A DNA stretch of 32,000 nucleotides, from assembly GCF_000011805.1 (NCBI RefSeq), contig NC_006840.2; one strand, given 5' to 3'. Below the pieces are notes generated by a model. The model searched no databases. It saw nothing but the letters and a program-made list of their open reading frames with translations, and was not told the DNA's origin. This stretch comes from Aliivibrio fischeri ES114. GTDB lineage: Bacteria; Pseudomonadota; Gammaproteobacteria; Enterobacterales; Vibrionaceae. Each line of letters begins with the position of its first letter. Positions within the stretch are counted from its first letter, which is position 1. The translations under genes were made by a program, and so were the position numbers. Below, piece after piece: positions 1-9,079 of the stretch.

Positions 1-429
1 AAAAATCAACGCCCTGAGTTATGGAATACGTATAACGGACAAGTCAATAAAGGGGAAAGTATTCGAGTATTCCCGCTTTCAAACTGGACTGAGTTGGACA
101 TTTGGCAATACATCTATTTAGAAAATATTGAAATTGTTCCTCTGTATTTATCAGAGAAACGCCCAGTAGTTGAGCGTGATGGCATGTTGATCATGGTAGA
201 CGATGAGCGCTTAAAACTGGAAGAAGGTGAAGAGATCCAACATAAAGATATTCGTTTTAGAACTCTAGGTTGTTATCCATTAACAGGCGCGGTGGAATCA
301 AAAGCGAATACATTGCCTGAAATTATTGAAGAGATGTTAGTTGCGACCTCCAGTGAGCGTCAAGGACGAGCGATAGATCATGATTCATCTGGCTCCATGG
401 AGCTCAAGAAGCGTCAAGGTTACTTTTAA
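1..429 (+). CDS. cysD: Sulfate adenylyltransferase subunit 2 (CysD), C-terminal part; truncated at the window start
   Basis: Frame 1 is open from base 1 ([38 protein letters not shown]...), ends ...[14 protein letters not shown], and lies directly upstream of cysN. Confidence 0.93.
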   Translation, partial: KNQRPELWNTYNGQVNKGESIRVFPLSNWTELDIWQYIYLENIEIVPLYLSEKRPVVERDGMLIMVDDERLKLEEGEEIQHKDIRFRTLGCYPLTGAVESKANTLPEIIEEMLVATSSERQGRAIDHDSSGSMELKKRQGYF

Positions 430-458
430 TATCAGGCATCTAAGGAAGGATTAAATAA

Positions 459-1895
459 ATGAATAGTGCAGTAGAGCAACAACTGGCAGAGCTTGGTATT
501 GAAGCTTATTTAAAAGAACATCAATACAAATCATTACTTCGTTTTTTAACGTGTGGATCAGTAGATGATGGTAAAAGTACCCTCATAGGCCGATTACTCC
601 ATGATTCAAAACAAATCTATGCAGATCAACTAGATGCAGTTCATGCTGACAGCCAACGAGTGGGTACTACGGGTGAGCGTCCAGATTTAGCTTTATTGGT
701 TGATGGCCTGCAAGCTGAACGTGAGCAAGGTATTACGATTGATGTGGCATATCGTTACTTCTCAACTCAAAAACGTAAATTCATCATTGCAGATACGCCA
801 GGGCATGAGCAATACACTCGTAATATGGCTACGGGCGCATCAACCTGTAATGTCGCCGTGATTTTGATTGATGCTCGTAAAGGGGTGCTTGATCAAACTC
901 GCCGTCACTCTTATATCGCAAATCTTCTTGGTATTCGTCATTTTGTAGTAGCTGTGAATAAAATGGATTTAGTTGAATATTCTCAATCTCGTTTTGAAGA
1001 GATTAAAGAGGAATACTTAGCTTTTTCTAAGAAATTGAATAATCCAAATTTAGATATTTCTATTTTACCTTTATCTGCATTAGAAGGAGATAACGTAGTA
1101 AATCCAAGTGATGCATTATCTTGGTATCAAGGTGAACCACTATTAGAAGTCCTTGAGAATGTGGATATTGATGCAGATAAAGGCAATGGTGAGTTTAGAT
1201 TCCCTGTGCAATACGTTAATCGTCCAAACTTAGATTTTCGTGGTTTTGCTGGAACGGTCTCTTCTGGTGGAATTTCTGTTGGTGATGAAATTGTGGCTTT
1301 ACCATCAGGTAAAAAATCGAAAGTCGCTCGTATTGTTACCTTTGATGGTGATTTAACATCTGCTCAAGCAGGCCAAGCGGTAACGCTAACACTTGAGGAT
1401 GAAATTGATATTAGTCGTGGTGACTTGTTAGTTAAATCACAGTCGAACTTGCAAGCCACGGATCAGTTTAAAGCTGAGATTGTATGGATGACGGAAAAAG
1501 GATTAGAACCGGGTCGTCAATACGATATTAAAATTGCAGGCAAGAAAACCGTTGGGCAAATTGATGCTATTCACCATCAAGTGAACATCAACAGTCTAGA
1601 AAAGTTTGATACTCAAGAGTTGCCGCTGAATGGTATTGGTTTATGTGATGTATCGTTAACGGAAACCGTGAGTTTAGATCGTTATCAAGATTGCGCAGAT
1701 ACTGGCGGGTTTATTTTTATTGATCGTCTAACTAATGTAACGGTAGGGGCTGGGATGATCCAAAACCTATCTGATTTGAGTGAGAGTAAGCCAATTAATG
1801 ACAATATCAGTGCGTTTGAAATTGAGCTAAATGCGTTAATTCGTAAGCACTTCCCGCATTGGGAAACCAAAGATATTTCTAAGCTTTTAGGCTAA
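459..1895 (+). CDS. cysN: Sulfate adenylyltransferase subunit 1 (GTPase CysN)
   Basis: 478 aa; EF-Tu-like GTPase motifs [32 protein letters not shown]; follows cysD. Confidence 0.96.
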   Translation: MNSAVEQQLAELGIEAYLKEHQYKSLLRFLTCGSVDDGKSTLIGRLLHDSKQIYADQLDAVHADSQRVGTTGERPDLALLVDGLQAEREQGITIDVAYRYFSTQKRKFIIADTPGHEQYTRNMATGASTCNVAVILIDARKGVLDQTRRHSYIANLLGIRHFVVAVNKMDLVEYSQSRFEEIKEEYLAFSKKLNNPNLDISILPLSALEGDNVVNPSDALSWYQGEPLLEVLENVDIDADKGNGEFRFPVQYVNRPNLDFRGFAGTVSSGGISVGDEIVALPSGKKSKVARIVTFDGDLTSAQAGQAVTLTLEDEIDISRGDLLVKSQSNLQATDQFKAEIVWMTEKGLEPGRQYDIKIAGKKTVGQIDAIHHQVNINSLEKFDTQELPLNGIGLCDVSLTETVSLDRYQDCADTGGFIFIDRLTNVTVGAGMIQNLSDLSESKPINDNISAFEIELNALIRKHFPHWETKDISKLLG

Positions 1896-1906
1896 GGACT
1901 GTCACT

Positions 1907-3634
1907 ATGGCATGGGAACAAGGATTCGTTCTGGCGTTATTAACTCTGATTATTGTGAGTTTATTGGCAAGTAAGTTAAAACCAAGCGTCATATTTGCAG
2001 GCTCTGCATTTATTGCTTTTATGGTTGGTATGATTGATTTACCTAGCTTGGCAAAAAACTTTACTAATTCATCTTTGCTAACGCTAGTGCTGCTTATTTT
2101 AAGTTCTTGTGCTTTAGAAAAAACACGTCTTATCAGTTGGGTTGGGCGTTATATTTCTGAAGGAAGGTTAGGGAGTGTGGTAGGCAAATTAGGTCTATCT
2201 ACTGCCTTACTTTCTTCTTTTACCAATAATACAGCGGTTGTGGTTTCACTGATTGGAGCAATCAAACGTAATCAACGACACGCTCCTTCACGATTACTTA
2301 TTCCCTTATCTTATGCCGCTATCTTAGGTGGAACATTAACGTTAATTGGTACTTCAACGAACCTTATCATTAATAGTTTTGTGGAAGACACTGGTTTACC
2401 GAGTTTAAGTTTCTTTGCCCCTACAACGATTGGTCTAGCCGTTCTATTTGGTGGTTTATTGATTTTAATTCCACTGAGTTATTTATTGCCTCAGTACGAT
2501 GAAAGTCATCAAGATGAATTACCGTATTTTTTAGAAGCAAGAGTAGAGGGTGGCTCACCACTAGTAGGCAAATCAATCAGTGAAAATAACCTTCGAGCAT
2601 TGCGTAAGCTGTTTTTAGCGGAAGTGATTCGTAATGGAAAAACCATACCATCGGTTGATCCAGATATGATTTTATTAGCTGGAGATAGGCTGCTGTTTTG
2701 TGGGGACATTGAAAGTGTTACGACGTTACAAGAAATTAATGGCTTAACCTTATTTGGTCAGCATCATTTAAATGGACAGAACCTACTTGAAGTTGTTGTA
2801 AGCCAATCGGCTTCTATTCGTGGAAAAAGCATTAAGTCAGCTCAATTTAGAGAACGCTTTGATGCGGTAGTGGTTGCTATTCGCCGAGGGCATGAACGAC
2901 TTGAAGGTGGATTAGGAAAAATTGAATTACAAGCAGGGGATACATTAATTTTGGTTCCCGGCAAAGACTTTGAACAGAGCAAGCAACAACTAAAACGTGA
3001 ATTCGTCATTATCAGTGATTTAGATTCAGCTGCAAAACTGGATGGAGATAAGAGTGCTTTAGTTTTGGTTGGTTTTGCTGCTGTGATTACCGCTGCTTTA
3101 CTTGATGTGTTTCCTATTATTAAAGGACTCTCTGTTTATCTACTCGGTATGCTAGCGCTAGGTATTATTAATTTAGGTGAAATTCGTAGACGATTCCCAA
3201 TTGATATTGTTGTTATTGTTGGTGCAGCGCTTTCTATCGCACAGTTAATGTTGTCATCAGGACTATCTGTTCAATTAGGTGAAATATTTATTGAGCTGTT
3301 TAATGGCTGGGGAGTAATGGGAGCATTAATTGCGGTATACCTTATTACGTTGGTGTTGACTGAACTTATTACCAATAATGCAGCGGCAGCACTGGCTTTT
3401 CCTATTGGTTATAGCATGGCATTGGGGTATGGCGTTGATCCCATGCCTTTTATTATGGCGGTGCTTTTTGGTGCGAGTGCCAGTTTTATTTCCCCTTATG
3501 GATATCAAACTAATCTACTCGTTTTTAGTGTGGGCAATTACACACTGCTCGATTATGTGAAAGTGGGATTACCCATGTCGATTATTTATTCGGTATTGGT
3601 ATTAGCATTAATCCCTTATTTTTTCCCATTTTAA
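1907..3634 (+). CDS. SLC13/DASS-type anion (putative sulfate) transporter with TrkA-C domains
   Basis: 575 aa; many hydrophobic segments, ITNNAAAALAFPI and LSSFTNNTAVVV motifs of SLC13 transporters, central soluble TrkA-C-like region (GKSISENNLRALRK..., AGDRLLFCGD, AGDTLILVPG); located between cysN and cysC. Confidence 0.85.
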   Translation: MAWEQGFVLALLTLIIVSLLASKLKPSVIFAGSAFIAFMVGMIDLPSLAKNFTNSSLLTLVLLILSSCALEKTRLISWVGRYISEGRLGSVVGKLGLSTALLSSFTNNTAVVVSLIGAIKRNQRHAPSRLLIPLSYAAILGGTLTLIGTSTNLIINSFVEDTGLPSLSFFAPTTIGLAVLFGGLLILIPLSYLLPQYDESHQDELPYFLEARVEGGSPLVGKSISENNLRALRKLFLAEVIRNGKTIPSVDPDMILLAGDRLLFCGDIESVTTLQEINGLTLFGQHHLNGQNLLEVVVSQSASIRGKSIKSAQFRERFDAVVVAIRRGHERLEGGLGKIELQAGDTLILVPGKDFEQSKQQLKREFVIISDLDSAAKLDGDKSALVLVGFAAVITAALLDVFPIIKGLSVYLLGMLALGIINLGEIRRRFPIDIVVIVGAALSIAQLMLSSGLSVQLGEIFIELFNGWGVMGALIAVYLITLVLTELITNNAAAALAFPIGYSMALGYGVDPMPFIMAVLFGASASFISPYGYQTNLLVFSVGNYTLLDYVKVGLPMSIIYSVLVLALIPYFFPF

Positions 3635-3648
3635 TTCAAGGATGAAAC

Positions 3649-4263
3649 ATGACAGCACTATCAGTAATAAAAGATGAGAATGTCGTTTGGCATCAGCATA
3701 CAGTAACAAAGGAAATTCGTTCCGATCTTAAAAAACAAAAACCGGCGGTGCTTTGGTTTACTGGATTATCGGGGGCAGGGAAATCAACCATTGCAGGTGC
3801 ATTAGAAAGTAAATTGGCAGAGCTTGGGTATCATACCTATTTACTTGATGGCGATAATGTTCGTCATGGTTTATGTAAAGATTTGGGCTTTTCAGATCAT
3901 GATAGGCAAGAAAACATTAGACGTATTGGTGAGCTTTCAAAGTTGATGGCAGATGCAGGGCTTATTGTATTAAGTGCGTTTATTTCACCTCATAGAGCTG
4001 AGCGTCAAATGGTTCGAGAATTACTGCCTGAGGGGGAGTTTTTAGAAGTCTTTGTGAATACCTCTCTGGATGAGTGTGAAAAAAGAGATCCGAAGGGCTT
4101 ATATAAAAAGGCACGAGCTGGTGAGATAAAACATTTCACAGGGATTGACTCTGAATATCAACAACCGTTAAGCCCTGAAATTGATTTGCCCGCAGGAACT
4201 CAGTCGATAGAAGCATTAGTTGAACAGTGTTTAGAAGAGCTAAAAGTACGTTCAATTATCTAG
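3649..4263 (+). CDS. cysC: Adenylylsulfate (APS) kinase
   Basis: 204 aa; P-loop [39 protein letters not shown]. Confidence 0.96.
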   Translation: MTALSVIKDENVVWHQHTVTKEIRSDLKKQKPAVLWFTGLSGAGKSTIAGALESKLAELGYHTYLLDGDNVRHGLCKDLGFSDHDRQENIRRIGELSKLMADAGLIVLSAFISPHRAERQMVRELLPEGEFLEVFVNTSLDECEKRDPKGLYKKARAGEIKHFTGIDSEYQQPLSPEIDLPAGTQSIEALVEQCLEELKVRSII

Positions 4264-4272
4264 AAGAAAAAT

Positions 4273-4309
4273 AGCCCTAATAGTGATTGTTTTTGGAACT
4301 ACTAGGGCT
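4273..4309. terminator. Likely bidirectional terminator between convergent cysC and the TIGR03899-type gene
   Basis: agccctaatagt (4273-4284) / actactagggct (4298-4309): a 12-nt inverted repeat with one mismatch, followed by a T-rich tract. Confidence 0.7.
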
Positions 4310-4346
4310 TTAATTATTTTTGATGCTTATCTATTAACTTAGACAA

Positions 4347-5321
4347 CTAAGCCATCGTTGAAATGGATTTTGCAGCAACATCCGTTTCAACCATAAACTT
4401 CTGACTTAATAAACTGATGAGATTATCGTAATAATTTTCATTCGGCTTATTGCCTAGCAGTTTACATAGCTCAGCACCAGTAGGACTAAATCGGTAATAT
4501 ACCAATCGAGACCCTTTTTGCATTGGTTTTATTGCGATGTTCTTCCCTTGATATTGCAAGGGTAAGGCGGGTTCAAACTCAATCTCTCCTGACTCTAGTT
4601 CAGTGCTAAGTAGTAAACCTAATTCAATAAGAAGTAATAAACTTGAATAAGGTAGTTTGTAGTTACCTAAATGAATGAGTTGAGGCCCATCGGTTTTATA
4701 GAAATTAAAAAAAGTACCAGCACACTTATAACCCAATAGGAGCTTTTTACTGTTGTCTTGTCCAAAGCTACATGCGAGTGAAGCTGCTCTTTGAAATGTT
4801 TGAGCTTCGCGTTGGGTCATGTCTTTTAGAACTTTAAGGGCTTTCATTGAAGTGGAACCAGGGCTAATCACTTCTTGTTTGAATATTTGGCTCCACAGTT
4901 TTTGCATTGATGAGTCGTGGATATCTTTTGCCATTTCAAAGAAACGATGTAGCCAATCAGGATCTGGGTCGCCTGCGGTTTCATCATTGCAATAATCGTG
5001 AGCGAGTTTTACGATTTTTTCTAAATTTTGTTGTTGTTGTTCACGCAATAATTTCTCACGATATAACGCACGTTTAAGCAGTGTTTCTTCTGGCTTTGGA
5101 GGCTGAAGATTGGCCGCAAGACCTTGCTGAATTGCAATTTCTTTTAGTCGTCTAGCGCTGCTAACTACATAATGTTCTTTTTTATGAGTTGGTTGTTCTT
5201 TTTTAGTTGTTTCATCTTTAGTGATGATAGTTTGCTGCGTATTCATGAGTTCGCCTAGCTTCGATTTAACATGATTTCCCATTATCTTATCGGTTGCTGA
5301 AAATAAAAACTTTAATCTCAA
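4347..5321 (-). CDS. Conserved hypothetical protein resembling the TIGR03899 family
   Basis: 324 aa ORF, soluble, DPDWLHRFFEMAKDIHDSSMQKLWSQIFKQEV segment; the true start may be an internal Met (e.g. MGNHVKSK or MNTQQT). Confidence 0.7.
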   Translation of the reverse strand: MRLKFLFSATDKIMGNHVKSKLGELMNTQQTIITKDETTKKEQPTHKKEHYVVSSARRLKEIAIQQGLAANLQPPKPEETLLKRALYREKLLREQQQQNLEKIVKLAHDYCNDETAGDPDPDWLHRFFEMAKDIHDSSMQKLWSQIFKQEVISPGSTSMKALKVLKDMTQREAQTFQRAASLACSFGQDNSKKLLLGYKCAGTFFNFYKTDGPQLIHLGNYKLPYSSLLLLIELGLLLSTELESGEIEFEPALPLQYQGKNIAIKPMQKGSRLVYYRFSPTGAELCKLLGNKPNENYYDNLISLLSQKFMVETDVAAKSISTMA

Positions 5322-5425
5322 AGCGATATTTGCGAGTTAGTCAAATAAAGTAGCAGGTAATTAGTGGCGAAATGATAAATTCTTGTTAAAATAAATCAGT
5401 TGATTAATAACGTTGGAGAGGGGAA

Positions 5426-5518
5426 ATGAAAGAGTCAAATTTTAAGAAGATTCTATTTAGCGTTACATTGGTTAGTGTTTATGCAGTAACACTGGTTTAT
5501 TTATCTAATTATATTTAA
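5426..5518 (+). CDS. Putative 30-aa single-pass membrane micro-protein (MKESNFKKILFSVTLVSVYAVTLVYLSNYI)
   Basis: ATG at 5426, TAA at 5516-5518, strong Shine-Dalgarno GGAGAGGGG just upstream, about 20-residue hydrophobic segment, upstream TAAAAT -10-like hexamer (5387-5392). Not in the ORF track. Confidence 0.5.
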   Translation: MKESNFKKILFSVTLVSVYAVTLVYLSNYI

Positions 5519-5553
5519 CTAAACAAAATAAACCAGTGTAAAATATTTGTTAA

Positions 5554-6039
5554 TTATTCATCATCATATTCTTCTAATCTTACGCCTTCAATAAGATAAC
5601 CGGTTTCAGCAAGTTCACTATCAATGGTTTCTGTTTTTAACTTACCAACAATATAAATGACATCCCACAACTGCTGTATTGGAGCACCTTTTTCGAATTT
5701 CACGTAAATAATTTGGTTTGGTGGTGGTGGTGGAACATGAATACATGCACCAAAGTAAGGCACTAACAGAAATTCTGTGATCATTTTATCGTCGCCCTCT
5801 AAAGGGATCACAAAACCGGGTATTTTTACCATACTTCCGTTTAATTCTTGTCTAACCGAACCCACTAAAGATTGTTGCATTTGACCACCATTGTGATCAA
5901 TTTTAGGCATTCCCATTGAATCAAATTGATTTCTTTCTTGTTCAGGAATCAAATCAATCCAATCAAGTTTTAGTACCTCATTACTGAATGCACTAAAAGG
6001 CATCAGCATTAATAGGCAGATAATTATTTTCTTTTTCAT
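5554..6039 (-). CDS. DUF3299-type secreted/periplasmic protein
   Basis: 161 aa with signal peptide MKKKIIICLLMLMPFSAFS; GFVIPLEG...EFLLVPYFGACIHVPPPPPNQIIYV motif typical of DUF3299; last gene of the zinc-type cluster. Confidence 0.75.
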   Translation of the reverse strand: MKKKIIICLLMLMPFSAFSNEVLKLDWIDLIPEQERNQFDSMGMPKIDHNGGQMQQSLVGSVRQELNGSMVKIPGFVIPLEGDDKMITEFLLVPYFGACIHVPPPPPNQIIYVKFEKGAPIQQLWDVIYIVGKLKTETIDSELAETGYLIEGVRLEEYDDE

Positions 6040-6050
6040 TAAAAGGGTCC

Positions 6051-7310
6051 TTATAACCTTATTGTCATGCCATCACTTAAAGAGTGTCGGTAAGCTTGTA
6101 TTGCTGGAATAACGCCAATCACAAAGCCTGAGCACAAAACAAGACCAAGTAGCTTGAGCTCATAAAGTGTTGGTAGGGTTAACTCAATGGCAATGCCATA
6201 ATATTGTTGGATTATAGGTTGTAGAATACTGAGAGATAAGTAAAGCCCCATTAGGCCTACTATGATCCCAAAGCTGGTTATTACAACAGCTTCACTAATC
6301 AATAAGATAAAAATATGCTTAGGTTGAGCCCCCATTGCACGCAAGATAGCCATTTCTCTACGGCGCTCTTGCAAGCTAGTTAATAGGCTTGTTAGCATTC
6401 CCATTAAGCCCGCGGCAACAACAAAAACAGATACGGCTAAGAGCGCTTGCTCTGCCACAGACATCATTCCCCATAATTCATGTAATGCGATACCTGGAAG
6501 AATGGCACTAAGTGGTTCTTTTGAATATTCATTAATGTAGCGTTGTAGAGCAAAGGTTTGAATCTTTGATTTTAATCCAAGCATGAAAGCTGTGATTTCT
6601 GCAGGTTCAAATTTTTGCTTTTCTAAGACTTTTGCATCTGGAGTATTGCCTAAATGCGCACCGCTTTCCCAGCCTACATGAATGGCTGATATTGCTTCTA
6701 GTGAAACATGTAGGGTTTTATCTACAGGTGTTCCTGTTGGTTTTAAAATACCTACGACAGTAAAAGGTAAATTATCGTGTCTGGTAAAAGACTTATCACT
6801 GATCCCGTGCGCAATAACCAATTTATCCCCTAAATGATAATTGAGTTTATTAGCAACATCAGCACCTAATACGACATCAAATAATCCATTAAATGATTTG
6901 CCTTCTTTAAACTCAAGAGGCTGTTTTTTTCCATATTGATAAAAACGAAAATAGTCTTGATTCGTCCCCATGACACGGAAACCTTTATGGGAATCACCTA
7001 GAGAAATCGGAATAGCCCACTTTACTGCTCTTTGATGAATGATTTCTTGATAGCTTTTCCAATCAATATTATTTGTCGCATTACCTATTCTAAAAACAGA
7101 ATAAAGCAGTAGGTTAACTTGACCAGAACGAGCACCAACAATCAAATCAGTATTCGAAATCGTGTTCGCAAAACTATTCTTAGCTTCTGTACGAATGCGT
7201 TCTACACCGACCAATAGCATTACCGAAATAGCAATAGTTGCAACAGTAAGTAATACAGTTGTTTTACGATTAATTAGACTTTTCCAGGCTAATTTTGTAA
7301 TGCCTATCAT
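6051..7310 (-). CDS. ABC transporter permease, FtsX/MacB-like
   Basis: 419 aa; MIGITKLAWKSLINRKTTVLLTVATIAISVMLL N-terminus, C-terminal TM segments with RRREMAILRAMGAQPKHIF motif; overlaps the ATPase gene by 4 nt. Confidence 0.85.
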   Translation of the reverse strand: MIGITKLAWKSLINRKTTVLLTVATIAISVMLLVGVERIRTEAKNSFANTISNTDLIVGARSGQVNLLLYSVFRIGNATNNIDWKSYQEIIHQRAVKWAIPISLGDSHKGFRVMGTNQDYFRFYQYGKKQPLEFKEGKSFNGLFDVVLGADVANKLNYHLGDKLVIAHGISDKSFTRHDNLPFTVVGILKPTGTPVDKTLHVSLEAISAIHVGWESGAHLGNTPDAKVLEKQKFEPAEITAFMLGLKSKIQTFALQRYINEYSKEPLSAILPGIALHELWGMMSVAEQALLAVSVFVVAAGLMGMLTSLLTSLQERRREMAILRAMGAQPKHIFILLISEAVVITSFGIIVGLMGLYLSLSILQPIIQQYYGIAIELTLPTLYELKLLGLVLCSGFVIGVIPAIQAYRHSLSDGMTIRL

Positions 7311-7993
7311 GAGATGCCTCCTGCTTTATTCAATTCTCTTAAATCAATACTTTGATCGAATAAAGACTCTAAACTTGGGTCATGGCTGACAAAAAGTAAA
7401 CTCGCGTTACTGTTTCCGCACTCATTCATTAATAATTCAATAAAAGCAAAGCGAGTTTCGTGATCCAGTGCTGATGTCGGTTCATCGGCAATGATTAATT
7501 TAGGCTTTCCAATAAAAGCTCTAGCGGCGGCCACTCGTTGCTGTTGGCCAATACTTAAGTCTGTAATTGGCTTATTAAAATGAGAAGCCGGTAATTGAAG
7601 CTGCGTTAAAAGACGTGTTGCTTCTATGCGTAATTCTTTTATAGATAATGTTTTTTTTGAAGAAAATTGATAAGGCAAAATTACATTATCGATAACGGAT
7701 AAATATGGGAGTAAGTTAAATTGCTGGAAAATATAACCAATATTATCAGCTCTGAATCTATCTCTTTGATTTGATGAGAGTTGATTAATATCAGTACCAT
7801 TAATTGTTACACAACCAGACGTTGGTGAAAGGATACCCGTTAAAAGACTCAATAGGGTTGATTTACCACTTCCACTCGGACCTTTAATAAATAGTTTGCT
7901 TCCTTGTTTTTGAGTAAAAGAAGGAATATTTAATGTTAATTCGCTTTGATTGGGCCAATGAAAAGTCAGGTTTGATAATTCAATAATGTTCAT
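7307..7993 (-). CDS. ABC transporter ATP-binding protein (LolD-like family)
   Basis: 228 aa; Walker A GPSGSGKSTL, signature LSIGQQQRVAAARA, Walker B KLIIADEPTSALD. Confidence 0.93.
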   Translation of the reverse strand: MNIIELSNLTFHWPNQSELTLNIPSFTQKQGSKLFIKGPSGSGKSTLLSLLTGILSPTSGCVTINGTDINQLSSNQRDRFRADNIGYIFQQFNLLPYLSVIDNVILPYQFSSKKTLSIKELRIEATRLLTQLQLPASHFNKPITDLSIGQQQRVAAARAFIGKPKLIIADEPTSALDHETRFAFIELLMNECGNSNASLLFVSHDPSLESLFDQSIDLRELNKAGGIS

Positions 7994-8029
7994 AGTAAAA
8001 CTGGCGATGTTACCACCGCCATACCTAAG

Positions 8030-8674
8030 TTATAGAGTGATAACTGATGATTTTGGTGTTAATGAAGCGGCTTTTTGTCCAGCATCACCAAGATATTGAA
8101 TTGTCATTTTATGTGTATGAGGGAAGTGAGTGAACCACTGAGTTTCTATTTGGTCTAGGTTTGAAATAGCTTCACAGTGATATTCATATTGAGCACTAAA
8201 CTCACCATGCTTGCCATGTTCTTTATGGTGTTCACCATCATGGTGGTCATGGTCATGGTCATGGTCATGGTCATCATGATCATGATCGTTATGATTAACT
8301 AGGTTATGAGATACATGAGCTTCTTCAAATGTACATTTTGCATTTTCAGGAAGTGTAAAGATCAGGTTTGGGTTGTTTAATGTTTTTACTGCATTAGCAA
8401 GTACTTGCTTTTGAGCGTCATCCTTTGGTGCATGTTCAAAACCAACAACATCAGCGCCAGGTGCGGTGATCTCAAACAGTAGGTGATCGCCATCTTGAGC
8501 AATATTGGTTTCAACTACACCATGGACATGAGCATCATGGTGACGATGTTCACTTTCATGATGCTCTCCATCATGATGATTATGATGGTCATTAGCATTT
8601 GCAGCATAACTTACCGAGAATAAAGAACCTGAAACTGCTAAGCAAAGAAGTGTTTTTTTATTACAGATAAACAT
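8030..8674 (-). CDS. zrgA: Zinc-binding periplasmic protein, DUF2796 / ZrgA family
   Basis: 214 aa; signal peptide, two His/Asp-rich stretches (DHHNHHDGEHHESEHRHHDAH; HNDHDHDDHDHDHDHDHHDGEHHKEHGKHG); adjacent ABC transporter genes as in the Vibrio zrg locus. Confidence 0.75.
   Translation of the reverse strand: MFICNKKTLLCLAVSGSLFSVSYAANANDHHNHHDGEHHESEHRHHDAHVHGVVETNIAQDGDHLLFEITAPGADVVGFEHAPKDDAQKQVLANAVKTLNNPNLIFTLPENAKCTFEEAHVSHNLVNHNDHDHDDHDHDHDHDHHDGEHHKEHGKHGEFSAQYEYHCEAISNLDQIETQWFTHFPHTHKMTIQYLGDAGQKAASLTPKSSVITL
8245..8274. repeat. Five perfect tandem copies of GGTCAT within zrgA
   Basis: ggtcatggtcatggtcatggtcatggtcat; encodes the His-Asp repeat of the protein on the minus strand. 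Confidence 0.95.
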
Positions 8675-8721
8675 AATAATTTCCTATTTTCTAAGAATGA
8701 TAAATTGAATGTGATTATTGT

Positions 8722-9015
8722 TTAGAGAATAGACGGAGTTGGAGGTGCTCGCGAATGAACTGTTATGTTTAAAGGTGATGAGTTTTCAACTATAGAAAAT
8801 AAAGAGCAAATAATTAGCTGGGGGATAACTGGTGGTGATGTAATGTTGATACAAATACCAGAGCTAAATGATTGAAACTGCTGGCAATGATGATCTTCAT
8901 GATGATGTACGTTGGTATCAACTTGGTGATTAGCAACCAAAATACCAAACAACGCTAGGAGTATTGCAAACCCCCAATTTAACCAGCGTTGTTTAGTAAA
9001 GAAATACGATTGCAT
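8722..9015 (-). CDS. Small His-containing membrane/exported protein (DUF2607-like)
   Basis: 97 aa; N-terminal TM segment WLNWGFAILLALFGILVANH followed by HHHEDHHC; first gene of the zinc-type cluster. Confidence 0.65.
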   Translation of the reverse strand: MQSYFFTKQRWLNWGFAILLALFGILVANHQVDTNVHHHEDHHCQQFQSFSSGICINITSPPVIPQLIICSLFSIVENSSPLNITVHSRAPPTPSIL

Positions 9016-9041
9016 TGTACTACCCTAATTGAATGAGTAGT

Positions 9042-9062
9042 AAATGTAATAATATAACATTT
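9042..9062. promoter_or_regulatory. Putative Zur (zinc uptake regulator) box
   Basis: AAATGTAATAATATAACATTT: 21-nt near-palindrome with one mismatched pair apart from the centre, resembling the proteobacterial Zur consensus (GAAATGTTATANTATAACATTTC); ends 27 nt upstream of the start codon at 9015. Confidence 0.65.
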
Positions 9063-9079
9063 TATAAGCAAGGCATTAT

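Noticed and set aside
1685-3560. Short ORFs at 1685..1870, 2509..2709, 3326..3508 and 3378..3560
   Set aside because: They overlap well-supported cysN and SLC13 transporter frames with no independent support.
7162-7389. 75-aa plus-strand ORF at 7162..7389
   Set aside because: Antisense to the permease/ATPase junction; no recognisable domain.
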